A stretch of 64,000 nt of DNA from Octopus vulgaris (Eukaryota), in contig OX597819.1 of NCBI GenBank assembly GCA_951406725.2, forward strand, positions 106,640,001-106,704,000, given 5' to 3'. A program made the translations under genes and the position numbers. Shown here in pieces: positions 25,766-39,990 of this stretch. The notes beneath the pieces were generated by a model. The model was not told the DNA's origin, searched no databases, and was given only the letters and a program-made list of their open reading frames with translations. The first letter of the stretch is position 1. Each line of letters starts with the position of its first letter.

Positions 25766-26584
25766 CCAGTTTTATATCAAACTGAAGGATTACTTAATGT
25801 ATTTGTTAGAATAAAAGTGTGTTATTCTCTGATATAAATAGTATTGACAGACTTCGAAGTTTCAGCCAGTGAAAGCAACATCGGGCTGTAATTCATTTTA
25901 GTTCATCTTAGCTTTATAAAGATTTTCCAGGTTAGTTTAAATTCTGTTGAATAGTAATTATGGCGTATGTTAAGTTGTCGTGGCCAAATGGGATGATGTT
26001 TTATGACGTAAAACATACCTCATATTTACATTCATTTAAATACCAATCCCGTAAAAGCCGATATATCAAGAAACATACCTAACTACAAACACTGGACGGA
26101 AGTCTAAAATTTAACCTTCACATTCTCAAAAGACAAATATCTCCCGAATATCTAAATAAAACCAAAAAGAACCAAACCAAACCAAGTTACAGACCTGCTG
26201 TCCAAAAACCAAACAACAATCTTTTGTGAATGTTAAGAATTGCATTTTCTACACTTCCTGCGAAATCGTCCGAGGCGTATGATCATCAAATTTAACATTA
26301 CTGCATGGAACATATGATTGTGGCGGTAGCCATCGGAGATATGAATTTCGACCAACAACAATATCAATGCTCAAATCACGAGAAGAATATCTGAATAGCA
26401 TAAAGTGTATCATTACGAATCAACGGATCGTAGAAAGACTGGCCCATTCAGAAAATTTAAAGCGTAACGATGTTCTCATTTGCCCGCAGGGTCCAATGTC
26501 AAATAAAAAAATAAGTTGTAAAGAAACAAATCATTCTGTTATAATCGTCGTCCACTTGTATGTTTTTCTCGGCACTGTAATATT

Positions 26585-26841
26585 CTTGTCGCCACTATTA
26601 TGCTGTGGCCGTATTCCGCGTCTTATCTGTGACTCGTTTATCGGGCTACGACTGATAGCTCCGCAAGACTTTGATTTGGAAACGTGTGCCTTGACGGTAA
26701 CTCAAACTCGTGTATATCACGTAGCTGACGTTGATTCCAACTGAGAACTCGTACAACGACTCCTTTACTACTACTGACTCTGCTACAACGACTGACTGTC
26801 GGGCTTTATGGGAAGAGGAATACAACTTACATTACGATACA
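26585..26841 (-). mobile_element. Possible Gypsy-type LTR followed by a primer-binding site
   Basis: Minus strand reads tgtatcgtaatg...cacagca then taatagTGGCGACaag (PBS-like). Confidence 0.4.
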
Positions 26842-27716
26842 TTTGTTTTTCTGTAATTCCACCTAATTTGACTTAATCAGTAACATCAAATGAACCCTTA
26901 CATACTTTTGAGGTACATTGATATATTTACATCAATAAATAAAATTAGATATTAACCTGTTGCAGGTTTAGTAAATGTCATGCTTATAGAATACCTGAAG
27001 GTATTCTCTAGGCAAATTCACTAGTCGCAGGCTATATACATGAATATCTTATATCCCCGTCTGTTATTCCATTTACCAAATTGAGAAATAAGCTAATTAC
27101 AGTAAACTACCGACTGATATCGTTTACCCTACATACCACTGAAATATTTGAGGGTGATGAAATCATTAATAACTAACATCCTGAAAGTTAAGCCCGACAA
27201 AAGTCATTATTTGTATCACTGGATGGAATGTATTGGGAAAAGTCCTTCACAATTTACATAAATGACAAAACTAAAGCCATTAATTACAGAAAGGTTAATA
27301 TTTTCTCAGACTGCTCTTAGCTAGACAACGTTATCAAGAGAGAATATGACCGAATATATAACAAATATAACTCAAATGAAATTTGAAAGTTGAAACAAAA
27401 CAATATGCTTGCTAAAGTACATAATTTTTTTTGTTCCTGCTGTATAGCACAATATGATATCAAAACGCTATCAGATATTGCTCAGTGATTAAGGTGAATA
27501 ACCTCAGCAGCATGTTCAACAATGACGTCAATCTGACTCTAAACAGTTGAGGTTGAGATACTTTTATCTCTTGGTCCATAGATCTGGACGCCGATAAACT
27601 TCGATTTTTGTTTTTATTTATCATTGCATTATTCTATCTCGAATACGGTTGCCATCTGCTGCCTCCTCATAACAAACAAAAGATGAGAATATATATGTAT
27701 ATCTGAGGACAATAAC

Positions 27717-27719
<3 letters not shown>

Positions 27720-27779
<60 letters not shown>

Positions 27780-27832
27780 TAAAAAATAATAATAATAATA
27801 ATAATAATGATAAAAAAAAATAAAAAAATAAA

Positions 27833-27872
<40 letters not shown>
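27720..27872. repeat. (AAT)n microsatellite
   Basis: Direct reading; abuts the Dong-like LINE. Confidence 0.95.
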
Positions 27873-27874
<2 letters not shown>

Positions 27875-30075
27875 GGCAGACTAGAGGAGATTTTATGACC
27901 AAATATATAGTGGAGAACGAAGAACTGAAGATGAGAAACCTAATGCAGAGGACGCTAGAAAGTTCTGGAGTAACCAGTCAATCATAATGGAGATTCAATA
28001 TGGTTAAAGAAAGTGAGGGAAGAAGTAGTGAGTGAGAAGCATTAATGAGTTAAAGTCTTAGGAAACTTGCCGAGCTGGAAGGGCCCAGGACCAGATTTAG
28101 TTCAAGGGCACTGCCTGAAGAAATTCAGTAGTTTACATGGAGTGGTGAGGGAACAACTTGAGGGATGCCTTAATGGAGAAATAATACTAGATTGGCTGAC
28201 TAGAGGGAGGGCAATACTCATTATGAAAGATAAGAGCAAGGGCAGTACAGCGTGTAACTATAGACCAATCACTTGCTTATCATTAGTGTGGAAGCTGTTA
28301 ACAGGAATGCTTTCAGAAAGCATTTACGAGCTCCTTGACAACCAGAATTTACTGTCAGAAGAACAAAAAGGTCGCAAAGAATAAGGCATGATCTATTAAA
28401 CATAGAAAAAAGCAGTTCTAGATGAAGTAAAAACTAGAAAGAAAAATCTAACAATAGCATGGATAGATTATAGGAAAGCCTATGACATGATTCCACACTC
28501 ATGGATAAGTGAATGTTTGAGTATAATCAGTATAGCAGACAACATAAGAGAATTAATTAGCTTTAGCATAAATAAATGGACAGTAGATCTCTACTCAGGT
28601 GACACACTCCCAGGGAAAGTTAATATCAAAAGAGGAATTTTCCATAGAGACTCGTTGTCTCCTTTAAATTTCGTCGTATGTTTGACCCCCACCTCCGTTT
28701 AGTATTAAGAAAGGCAAAGGCAGGGTATCAGTTCAAAAATAGTAATGGAAGAAGTAACAATTTGATCTACGTGAACGATCGGAAGCTTTTTTTAGAAAGA
28801 ATGAAAAGTAGATAGATTGCTTAATACAGATTTTAACACGCTTCAGCAAAGATATAAGCAAGGAATTTGGCAAGGATAAGTATGCAACATTAGTCAGGGG
28901 AAGGGTCGCCAACAGTGAAGGCATCCAATTGCCAGATGTCTAAACATTAAAATCCTTGAAAGGAGAAGAGAGTTATAAGTATCTAGAAATATTAGAATCT
29001 GATAAACTACTAACTATAGAAACGAATCAAAAATTGAGGTGTACATTAGAACGATGAAGAAGCTAATGGAGCCAAGGCCAAATGTTCTGAATCTAGTGAA
29101 GGCTGTAAATACTTGGGCAGTATCATTACTCAGATATTCAGCACCTTTTGTAGATTGGACGAAAACTGAACTAACAAAGCCAGACAGAAGTAGGATAGTG
29201 TTCAATAAGAATTGAGGACTCCACCCAAGGGCAGGATTAGCAAGTTTATACTTACTTAGAATGGAATGCGGAAGGGTTTTAATATCAGTAGAAGACTGCA
29301 TGTAGTGAGCTAGATTAGATATAGTGTCCTATGTAGGTAATAGTGAAGGATGTTTATTAAAAACTGTTAGAGTCACAGCAAGACCCAGGTAAACCAAAAC
29401 CCAGACGATGTTAAAAACCAGAAAAAGAACAGAAATTACCTGACTGTCAGAACACGTTGCAAGGTAGATTCCCAAAGATAGTTTCAGCAAAAAGTAGTAG
29501 TGAGACATGGCTGTGTTTTCAGAAAAAAAGCTGAAAAAGGAAGACAGAAAGTTTGTTAGTAGCTGCACAAGATCAACAATTATGAATTAATTGGATAAAA
29601 GCCAAGATAGACAGAAACCAAGGGAGAGTAATCCACTGGGAATTATGTAGAAAGCTAGGATTTGAATATACTAATAAATGGTATGAACATGAACCTAGTA
29701 AATAAAGTACTAGAAAATAAGAAATGCAAGATGTTGTGGGACTTTAACATTCAGAGTGAGAGAGTAATAGAAGCTAGATGCCTCATTTAATAGGAGATAA
29801 AGAGAATAGAATGTGCCAGATAATTTACTATATAGTCCCAAATGATGAAAAACCAATATGAGAGGTAAAGAAAAAACAGCAAATTACCAGGATCTAGCCA
29901 TTGAATTACAGAGATTATGGAAAGTGAAGGTAAAAGGTATCCCAGTAGTTATAAGTGCATTGGGAACTATCCCTAAAAATCTGAACAGTTATAGGTGTGT
30001 TGGGAACTATCCCTAAAAATCTGAAGAGGCATAAAACCCACTTTAGTACAATTCCAGAAAACAGAGTTATTGTGT
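27873..30075 (+). mobile_element. Degenerate Dong/R4-clade non-LTR retrotransposon (RT plus restriction-like endonuclease)
   Basis: WKGPGPD.VQG..LKKF; NYRPITCLSLVWKLLT; AWIDYRKAYDMIPHSW; IKRGIFHRDSLSPL; WYEHEP; KMLWDFNIQ; YQDLAIELQRLWK..IPVVISALG; many stops and frameshifts. Confidence 0.88.
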
Positions 30076-30089
30076 TAGGAAACATGTCG

Positions 30090-33000
30090 ATTAAAGGAAA
30101 TCGTAAATGCAATAGCTAAGATTAGCAAAGATAGTCAAATCTTCACGCATAAATTTTGAAGAAGACTTGAAAGTTCATATTCTCAGAAAATATTCTGAAA
30201 CTGCTTCACGTTCACTTCTCAGAATGTATGAGGAGAAATATATCTGCGGGTTTTTAACATCACGCCCTGGAGGAATGAAGAAGATAAAAGGAGAATATCA
30301 TCAAATTTATACAAAACTGTTTGATCAAATATTCTTCTTTCTCTATTTTTCTTTCCTTCTTTTCTGTTGTCTTCTTTTTTTTTTTTGTTTTTGTCTGTCT
30401 TTTTTTTTTTCGCCTGTTATAAACTTGTAACTGAAAAAGGGATGATGCTCTCCTTCATACTTTACGTGTAAATTACTATAATTTTGAATTTTTATCACTT
30501 CTTATTGTGAAAGTGACAAGGACACACTGTTGAAATATCTTTCAACAAATAAAATATCTTACAATCGAATCGTCCTCTTCGTATTGACTGTTTACTTTTG
30601 TGAAGAATTACATCAATCCTTTGTAAAATATCAAATTCAAGTAGATTGAGATGATTGATTTTATGGTACACAGAATAAAAATTGTAACATATAGAAATTC
30701 TGGAACTTATCAAAACAGCCGGGTGTCTAATGAAAATCGTAATGTAAATCACAGCTTTTGCGTTTTATTACTTCTTACAATTGGCTTGTCAGCTATGTTA
30801 GTTTCGCTAGACCGCATTGCTGATCCCAATCCTGGGCCAATGGATTTTGTACCATTCAAATATGAATCAAAAATTTAGAAATCGACATTTCTATCAGTGA
30901 AAAAACTTAATCGCTTTCGTGCTAAAATCAAGAGACATCGATCATTTTCCGGGTTGAAAATCGTAGCGGAAAATTTTCCAGAAATTCCAGTACAATCAAC
31001 CATTTTTCTCACACGGAATTTCTAACATACAATCCACACCGCACACTGTTCATTCATCACATCAGGAACAATCATTTTGTTTTGTCGACCAGTTATTTCG
31101 GAGATGTTTATATTCATGACAGTTTGAACTTAACAGTTTCGCAGGAACTAATAGCACAAATAACAACTTTGTATTCACAAAAAACATTATTTCTACAGTT
31201 CAACAAGTTCATATAATTAATCCCCAAGTTAGTGCATATAATTGCGGCCTTTTTGCCCTGGCATGTACATTTGAACTGGTCATTGGAAACGCCCCAAAGA
31301 AGTTTCTATTTGATCAGTCAAAAATCGAGCACATTTTAGATTTTGCCTCAAAAATAATAAATTTGTTCCTTTCCCGAAAGTAAAGGTTTTGAAAATGTCT
31401 ACAAAAACCACAGAAGTCACTCACTTTCTATCACCCACCCAGAAATGGATTACCCTTAGAAAGGCGACTAAAAATTATGACTTCTCACATGAACATTCAG
31501 AACAAATTTTAACACCCAAAGCCCGAAAAGTAGTCAATAATCTAATGAGAGTATGACTCTGAAAACCACTTGCCTGAGAAAAACCATCACACTAGAGAAT
31601 AAATCGATCAGACATTTATCTAAATTAAAACTTTCGCTCCACGATGTCGCAGTCTTAGAGCTTGGGCTAGTTTTGCCCAAGCACTAAGTATTTCGACAAG
31701 GATTAACTAGCTCAAGGGCTATTTCAGTTTTCCGCCGTCAAAAGCTGAAAGAATTTATTTTTGAAAAACTGGTACCGAGGTGTCAGAAAACTCTATGCTT
31801 ATTGAAAATATAAATGATGATGATCGAATCTGTCATAATTGGATTGAGAAGAATCCCAATTGGTATCCAGATAAAGTTCGGGATGGACGTTCAAAAGCAA
31901 CACTGGAATTTCCTGAATCTTGTCAAGCAGGCATTAAAGAAGGCCTTAAATCAAGTGGAAAGAAGTCCTAGAATAACCTCATATATTCCCAACGTTACGC
32001 ACTCCGACGTCTAGCTAATAACGATGCTATTATTATTATTAAGATGGTGGATAAGGGAGGCGCTATCGTAATAATAGACAAAAGTAAGTATATTTCGGCT
32101 TGTGAAGAAGTTTTAAATGACAAAAAATTATATAAAGAATTACCTGTCGATCCAAACCCCAATAACACTGAGGGAATTGGAAAAATAATTCTGGAAATGG
32201 AGGAAAACAATTTCGTTAATAAAGGCTAGATCTAAGATATTACGGTCAGAAAGAAGAACACCTGTATTTTATGGTCTCCCTAAAATATACAATTTGCAGC
32301 GGATATGAATGTTGCACGGCCAAAATTTCGGAATTGCTGGATGGCTTTCTACTCCCTGTTGCAAAATGATCAAGTTCCTATATTCGGGATACCTTTGATT
32401 TGTATCTAAAATCAACCAAGTTTTTAAGCACCGAGGCCTTGTCGAGAACTGTTTTTTTTTTGGTAACCATGGATGTTTCTTCCTTATAACCCAATATTGA
32501 CCACAATGAAGGGGTAGAAGCATGCATGGATGCCTTCGAAAAGTGGTCAAACAAAAGTATTCCATCAAATTTTCTCTGTAGATTATTAAGGTTTGTGTTA
32601 GAAAGTACCACAATGAAGTTTAGACAAAGATTTTTACCCTAGACTAAGAGTTGCGCCATGGGTACCTCCATGGCAGTTAATTTCGCTAATGTCTTCATGA
32701 CGAAATTCGAGACACAGTTACTGAAGACATTCAAATCTCTTCTTGGTCATGAACCAATGCTCTTATTACGGTTCACTAATGACATATTTTTGGTCTGGAA
32801 AGGATCACAGGATAGTTCAATGGACTGCTTGCATTTCTGCGACTGTTATGCTAGAAACTTTGGTTTTAAGACCAACATAAAATGTACGTTTGATTTTTCA
32901 AAACCTAGCGTTGAATTTTGGACAGAAAAGTCAAGTTTTTTTGGGGAAGAATAGTGAGTGAGTTATTTTGCAAGCCCACGTCATCCCCCATTTATCTCCA

Positions 33001-34170
33001 CCGCCGCCCCGATCATCCACATCATCTTTTTCGGTCAAATCCGAAATCCCAATTTTTGAGGATAAAACAGATTTGTACTGACATAGGGGATTACTTGAAA
33101 CATGCAAATGATTTTATACATCATTATATCTAACGCGGTTACAGTGAATCACAATTAAAGGAAATAGCAAATGAAATAGCTAAGATTAGCAAAGATAGTA
33201 GAAACTGTCACGCATAATTTTAGCAAACAGTCGACAATAGATAACACAATTCCTTTAGCTGGCACCAACATTGTGCTAGCATTTCAAAAGAGTTGCATGG
33301 AAGTTACCAGCGTGTGGCGAAAAAATATTTGCGTTTCAAACAGATATTTCTTCAGCCGCCTATTGTAGCCTTTAGACAGAATAAGAATATAAGAGGATTA
33401 TTCACCTCTATTTCTGACTCCAAGAAAACGAACATTGGGGTATCTGCACACATTAACTTAAAGAACAGCCGCAAGAGGGGTAAGCCCTATTCATTGTGCA
33501 ACAACATGAGTGATGTAAATTCCATCAGAAATCATAACAGAAATGTTATGATTTCTACAGAAGGTGGAACATGTAAAGATTCCCATTTGGTGTATGCTGT
33601 AGAATGCACGAAACATAACTTGATTTATGTTGGTTGTACAACAGAACAATTAAACAAAAGGTTTAATGGGTACAGATACGACGTCAGACACAATAGTAGT
33701 TCGACAGAACTTGCTGAACATTTCGTTTCAAGCGGCTGCAATTTTGAAGAATATTTCAAAGTGCATATTCTCAGAAAATATTCTGAATCTGCTTCACTTT
33801 CACTTCTCAGAATATACGAGGAGAAATACGCTTGCAGGTTATGAACATCACGCCCTGCAGTAATGAATAAGATGACAGAATATCATAAAATTTATACAAA
33901 ACTGTTTGATTAAATATTCTTCTTTCTCTTTTTCTCTTTCCATTCTTTCTGTCGTCTTCTTTTTTCCGTTTTTTTTTCTGTCCTTTTCTTTTCGACTGTT
34001 ATAAAATTGTAAGTTAAACACTACTGATGTCATTCCATCAACGTGTGGATGCTGGTTGTTCTCGTTCATACTTTACGTTTAAATTTCTATAATTTTAAAT
34101 TTTATCACTTCTTATTTTGAACTTGACAAAGACAAACTTACTGTTTAAATATCTTACAATCGAATCGCGC
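30090..34170 (+). mobile_element. Near full-length degenerate Penelope-like element with upstream direct repeat of its 3' end
   Basis: DKGGAIVIID; FYGLPKI; LVTMDVSSL; AMGTSMAVNFANVFM; LRFTNDIF; KPT..YLH; PPIVAFRQNKNIR; GIY-YIG LVYAVECTKHNLIYVGCT...RFNGYR; 30090-30580 repeats 33155-33220 and 33740-34170. Confidence 0.9.
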
Positions 34171-34187
34171 TCTTCTTCTTCTCCTTC

Positions 34188-34219
<32 letters not shown>

Positions 34220-34425
34220 CTTCTTCTTCTTCTTCTTCTTTTTCTTTTTCTCTTCTTCTTCTTCTTCTTCTTCTTCTCCTTCTTCTTCTCCTTCTTCTTC
34301 TTCTTCTTCTTCTTTTTCTTTTTCATCTTCTTCTTCTTCTTCTTCTTCTTCTTCTAGTAATAATAATAATAATAATAATAATAATTATAATAGTAGTAGT
34401 AGTAGTAGTAGTAGTAGTAATGATG

Positions 34426-34456
<31 letters not shown>

Positions 34457-34457
34457 T
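34170..34457. repeat. Compound (TTC)n/(AAT)n/(AGT)n microsatellite
   Basis: Direct reading. Confidence 0.95.
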
Positions 34458-34459
34458 AA

Positions 34460-34828
34460 AGACAGATATGACCCTCTTAAGTACAAAGATGGATAGGTGC
34501 AACCCTCTGTAGTACGAAGACAGATAGATACAACCCACCTAAAAACGAAATAGCCCGGCTATGGAAATTGAAGACGGTGAAGATAGTGCCAATTACTTTT
34601 GGGTCCTTGGGGATAGTATAAGAAGGCATCAAGAGGAATATAAAGAAAACTGGAATAGAGTGACCACTAGAACTGTAACAAATGGTTTGCCTCTTTGGCA
34701 CGGCTAGAATAACCAGGAAAGTATTAGATAGCTGAAAAGAACGAATAGCATGGTATGGTAGGCTGCAAGGAGTAAGTCCGCTACGCATGCACGACTCCAT
34801 GAGTTCCAACAAAACCTGCGATAAGGAG
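34460..34828 (+). mobile_element. Dong/R4-like LINE 3' fragment
   Basis: EIARLWKLKTVKIVPITFGSLG...CLFGTARITRKVL* plus 3' UTR ending in (AAT)n. Confidence 0.75.
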
Positions 34829-34881
<53 letters not shown>

Positions 34882-34951
34882 TTGCCCTAGGAGTCGGGAA
34901 GACGCTCGGCAAGAAATGGAAGCAAATTTGAAAGAAGAAAAAAAAATGATG

Positions 34952-35012
<61 letters not shown>

Positions 35013-35013
35013 C

Positions 35014-35064
<51 letters not shown>

Positions 35065-35071
<7 letters not shown>

Positions 35072-35586
35072 GATGGTATAGGCACACACCAGAAAAGGTC
35101 ACAGAAAACGAGAAAGCAACCATACTCTGGGATATGCCGATACACACAGATAGAGAAATTAAGGCCAACAGACCAGATATAGTTGTCAGAGACCATGAAG
35201 AAAAAAATGCTTTCTAATTGATGTATCAGTACCGGCAGATGACAACGTGTCTCTAAAAGAAATGGAGAAACTCTCAAAATACAAAGACCTGGAAATAGAG
35301 GTAACTAGAATGTGGAATCTGAAAACAGAAACAATTCCTATCATAGTAGGTGCATTAGGCATGATAAAAAAATATTCAGACAAATACATAACAAAAACAC
35401 CAGGACTTACAAACACATATAACATACAGAAAATTGCACTACTGGGCACTGCACACATCCTACGCAGAACACTTTCCATACAATAACCATCAGAGCATCA
35501 CAACAAATCACAGCACAAACCCAAGGCACACAGAGCTGTGCTCGGTAGTGAAGTGAAAGCACGCTATAAAAATAAAAATAAAACTA

Positions 35587-35590
<4 letters not shown>
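35065..35590 (+). mobile_element. Well-preserved Dong/R4-like LINE 3' fragment (PD-D/E-K endonuclease plus 3' UTR)
   Basis: ILWDMPIHTDREIKANRPDIVV...LIDVSVP..N...KEMEKLSKYKDLEIE...IPIIVGALG...LLGTAHILRRTL*; (AAT)n on both sides. Confidence 0.9.
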
Positions 35591-35617
<27 letters not shown>

Positions 35618-36391
35618 CAGTGAATTACTTTATCCTAAGTGTCGGGAAGACACTAGGCAAAAGATGGAAACAATATTGAATGACGGACAACATTAATAAC
35701 TAATAATACGCATGGAAATGCTTCAATTATATGAGTAAGATTAATTCAAATCTCTGAAAACTTCCCTAAACATTGTTTCATTTGTTCTATGTTGACAATA
35801 TACCATAACTATTATCCACAAGAACTTAACATCAGGTTTAAAGACTAGAATATATTGTGATCGTATATGCCCTTCTATGAAAGTGGAATTTGTGTTTTTT
35901 TAAAACATTCTACCACAGATTTGTTTAATATCATTTAAAACTTCTGTATTCACCATTATCACAAATCAAAAGGCACCTGAAGAAAACCTACGAGGCATAC
36001 CAGTCAAACCAGAAAGATACAATTTATGTAGTAAAACATTCCGACACTTGTGAGCTATCGTGTCCAAAAATGTGTATTAAAGAACTACAGTGAGAGCTAA
36101 TAAATTGGTTTTACTTTGGCCAATTCTGATTAACCTACGCTGAACTAAATTTATATACACAGATATATGCATACATATCCTAATGTGTATTTCTATGTGC
36201 ATGAATATGTAGGGTTGGTAAAATATAAAGTTATAAACATGCATTTACTGGTGAAAGAATTCAATATATCTAGTAGAATAAAACGTTAAGAATATACTTA
36301 TCGGTCTGACTGGGTTTCTAGTCATGCCTCGCTGCAGCTTATCTAGTATGTACACACTTACATTCATACAAATACACACACACACACACAT

Positions 36392-36468
<77 letters not shown>

Positions 36469-36938
36469 CTTTCGTCTATGTTCCTTTAGGTATGTGTGTG
36501 TGCATCCGTCCAAGATGTACACATCAGCAAGAAAAACCTCCGCTACATACACAATGTTTGAATAAAAAACACTTTACAATACTTATTCTGCACAAGTTGT
36601 GAAGATTCTCCAATTTCAGAATCGCTGACAGCATGCAGTGAAAAAGAAAAATCGCCTGTATGGAAACTATAACCAGCGGCGCTCTATAAAATGAAGGAAT
36701 AAAAAAAGAAATGAGACGAAATAACATGATAATAAATCTCAGTGAACATGTCATACGTGGTAACCAATTTAGAAAGTAGTGGATCAATTTAAGAGTCGCA
36801 TATATATATCTAATGTGATTTTTTTTTTTGGCTGAGACATGTAAAGAGATTAGAGGAGACACCCTGTAATGTTCATATATATGTATATATGTGTGTATGT
36901 ATGTATGTATGTATGTATGTATGTATGTATGTATATAC

Positions 36939-36987
<49 letters not shown>

Positions 36988-37489
36988 TACACACACACAG
37001 AGATATATAATACCGCGTATATTGCAAATGTTGAAACCTGACTATTTGGAAAGAAATGTAATGTCTTTCAGTTAATGTTTGTTGTTGTTTCATTAATCAT
37101 GTTTAATTCATTGTTCGCTGTTAGAGACACAGACATTAATTTAATTAAAAAAAATCTAGAGATCAGTTGGAGGTTAACCATCCATTATCGGTTAGTATTC
37201 ATGTTTTGCTCTCTTGCTGTTCGCAACGATGTTGATGATAACGGAAGCGTTGGCCTTGGTAGTTATGTTGGCGGTAATTTGTGGCGGTGATTGGTGGTTA
37301 TGTTAGTGGTGATTTGTGGCGGTGATTGTTGCTGGTGATTAATAGTAGTAGCAGTGACTGATGTTGTTGGTAACTGTGGTGATGATAATGATACACGTTA
37401 AGCCGATAATATTGGGACTTTTAGCTTGGAAGCGGTGATTATGTTGTTCTTCTCGGTAGTCTATTTGGGTAGAATTAATATTTATATAT

Positions 37490-37680
37490 AAATTACTTAG
37501 CTCTATATGCGATAAAAAGAGCATCCTGTCTATATAATCCTCTAATTCTAAAACTTCACTATTAATACATTTTAAAGTATAAATTCTCACAGCATCAGTT
37601 AACTGAGCAGAATTGCTGGAGCCAACAATCATGTCAAACTCATCTGTTCTATCTTTGCTTACCCAATATTTCAAACTTTA
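37490..37680 (-). pseudogene. Penelope-like RT fragment (possibly Naiad-type)
   Basis: WVSK..DEFDMIVGSSNSAQLTDAVRIYTL resembles FDVxMGSxDGAE.CELVG.YIL. Confidence 0.5.
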
Positions 37681-37734
37681 TTTTAGATTTTCTGGTAGCT
37701 CGTGTGATATCTATGCGTTAAGCTAAAATATTTA

Positions 37735-38450
37735 AACCCAATGCAGTGCCTTGTGAGACTCCACTGATAACTTGTTGAGCTTGATCGAACAGCATTTATC
37801 ACCACCTAAAACATTCAGTCCACTTTAATAGCTTCCCTTGGACTCCAATGTTCGATAGTGTTTTTTCGGTTACTGTTGTCAACCTTTGTCGAAGGCATTG
37901 CTGTAGTCCAGATTGAGTGAATTCGAGCGCCCCACTAGCCTTTATGACGTCATCATATTGCTAATTGGGAATAATTAGTCTGTTGCTTTCTAGGAAGTGA
38001 GTTATTCGAGGTCTCAACATTCTCACATAGATTAACAATAAGAGAGGTGAGGTCGGTCGATAATTAAGTTCCAATGATTTGTTACCCATTTTGAAGACTA
38101 GGACAGTCGAATGGGATAGGAAATTTCGGAACTCTGGCCAGTGTGCAGTGGTTTCCTCAAAATAATAGTTAAAGGGAATACCAGTTAATGTTGGCAGGAC
38201 TTCAGAGTTCTAGCAGGGAATCTGTCGGGGTCTGCAACTGAGTTCTTTGGAATTTTGTTAATAGCTGCTATGATATCCGAGGCGCCAAATTATATATTAC
38301 ATAGGGTGTGCTGGGTGGTTGTTTCACTGACGCTGACTGGATTAACCAAGTTGGGATTGCTGATACTGGAGCAGTTTCGCTTTGGCACAATCGCAATCAT
38401 TTTTCTGCTCTACAATGCCGACTGTCATTCTTACCTATCAGTCATCCACC
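37735..38450 (-). pseudogene. CR1/Jockey-group LINE RT remnant
   Basis: Minus strand gives DYSNAFDK, NIGVQGKLLKWTECF and VISGVSQGTALG in the expected order. Confidence 0.7.
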
Positions 38451-38584
38451 AGATTAGACAGTGTTGTGACGTGAGTATACACGTCTGGTGTAAAATGTTA
38501 TTACACAAATAGATAGTTGGTTTTGGTTATCTAAAAACAACCTGTCGCAGAAACATATGTAAACACAGAACGCATTCAATACTA

Positions 38585-39990
38585 CTCGAACGTGGGTACG
38601 ATACTCAGTATTAACCGTTTAAATTTGTGCAGACCTTTCTGAGAATTAATTGTTAGCAGCTTAGTACAGTCATCTTCTACTTGTATTTGTATAAATGCAT
38701 CAGGAATATCTAATTTTGAGAAGATTTCCTCTGGGCTGTGTAACTGATTGTTATACTGTCTTAAACATTCGTTCATTGCCGTCGAGAAATCTGCACAGAC
38801 ACGAATTTTATTGTACTTCTTTTTCACATACACTGTTGGAGACACCCAATCTCAACAGTTGATCTTTTTCAACACTCCCACGTTTTCCAATCTCTCTGAT
38901 TCTTTATTCACTTGTTCCAGTGCTGCAAAAGGTACATTAAGTTTGGGTTTGAAAACTGCTAAATAATTTTCTTTTACCTGAAAATTTGCTTTAAATTTAT
39001 TGTACTGACACAACTCGTCCGAAAAACCCATCTGGAAATAACCTTTTCAATTCTTTTCCAAACTTTTCTGACTTTTCTGGCGCACGACCCCATTACGTTT
39101 TTGCAAAAATTATTTATGGATAAATCCCATAAGTCAAACAGTTCCATCCAGTCAGTTTCAAAAATATATTTTGTATTTATTAATATATAAGATTTCGCAT
39201 TCATAGTCTTACCGCGAAATGTAATGTTACAGATAATTTCACCTTTAAAAATTAATTCAATCCCCGAGACTCTACGTGTAATCTTCGAGGTTTTCTGCGT
39301 AGGTTTCCCGATTGTTCAGCATATGTTTTCATTAATTACAGCAATATAACTACCTGTAATACACAAATTACCTTTGAGTTACGTTCGTATTACATGTCGC
39401 CAGTAAACTGTTTACATGATTTTTTCTGTTGAACCGTTTTCTATGTTCTGCTTTACAGTTTGACTTTTTATGACGTATCTTTCCACATTTGAAGCATTTT
39501 CAACTTTTATAAGGACAGTTGAACCTGTAGTGTAACTCACCACATCTGGGTTAATTTTATGCTTATCGTGTCATACTATCGGTCGCACCGACTGTATATG
39601 AGAGCACTTTCTCATTTCAATTTGTTTCGTATCGTGTCATAGGTTTATTATTCTCTGTCATTCCTCAGATATTTCATATAATGTTAGCTTCTGACTTTGC
39701 TCTAATTTACTCAGAATTCGGTACGAATTTCCTTATCTTTCTTTTGCCGTTAAACCTTGCAAGAAAATTTAGCATTTAATCATATCAGGTGTTCATTAAT
39801 TTTAAATCTCTTGCATTCCTTATTAACTATCCCAGAGTATGTAATAAAATAGCCGTTCTTTTTGTAATATTCATGTATTGGCAGCACATATTAAATAAAG
39901 AGGTTTTTGAGCTGAAAATCTTCCATAGAATATTCACCGCTTCTTCAAAACAGACTTCACCCGGTTTCTTTGGTAATATGTAATTTCAAT
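38585..39990 (-). mobile_element. Ty3/Gypsy LTR retrotransposon gag-pol remnant
   Basis: RT SPTVYVKK...KIRVCADFSTAMN...FSKLDIPDAFIQI...LTINSQKGL; gag knuckle CGELHYRFNCPY..KCFKCGKIRH; TGS protease remnant. Confidence 0.82.

Noticed and set aside
34828-35710. Repeat-spacer-like alternation suggesting a CRISPR array
   Set aside because: The repeats are variable-length (AAT)n and the spacers are LINE 3' ends; eukaryotic context with no cas genes.
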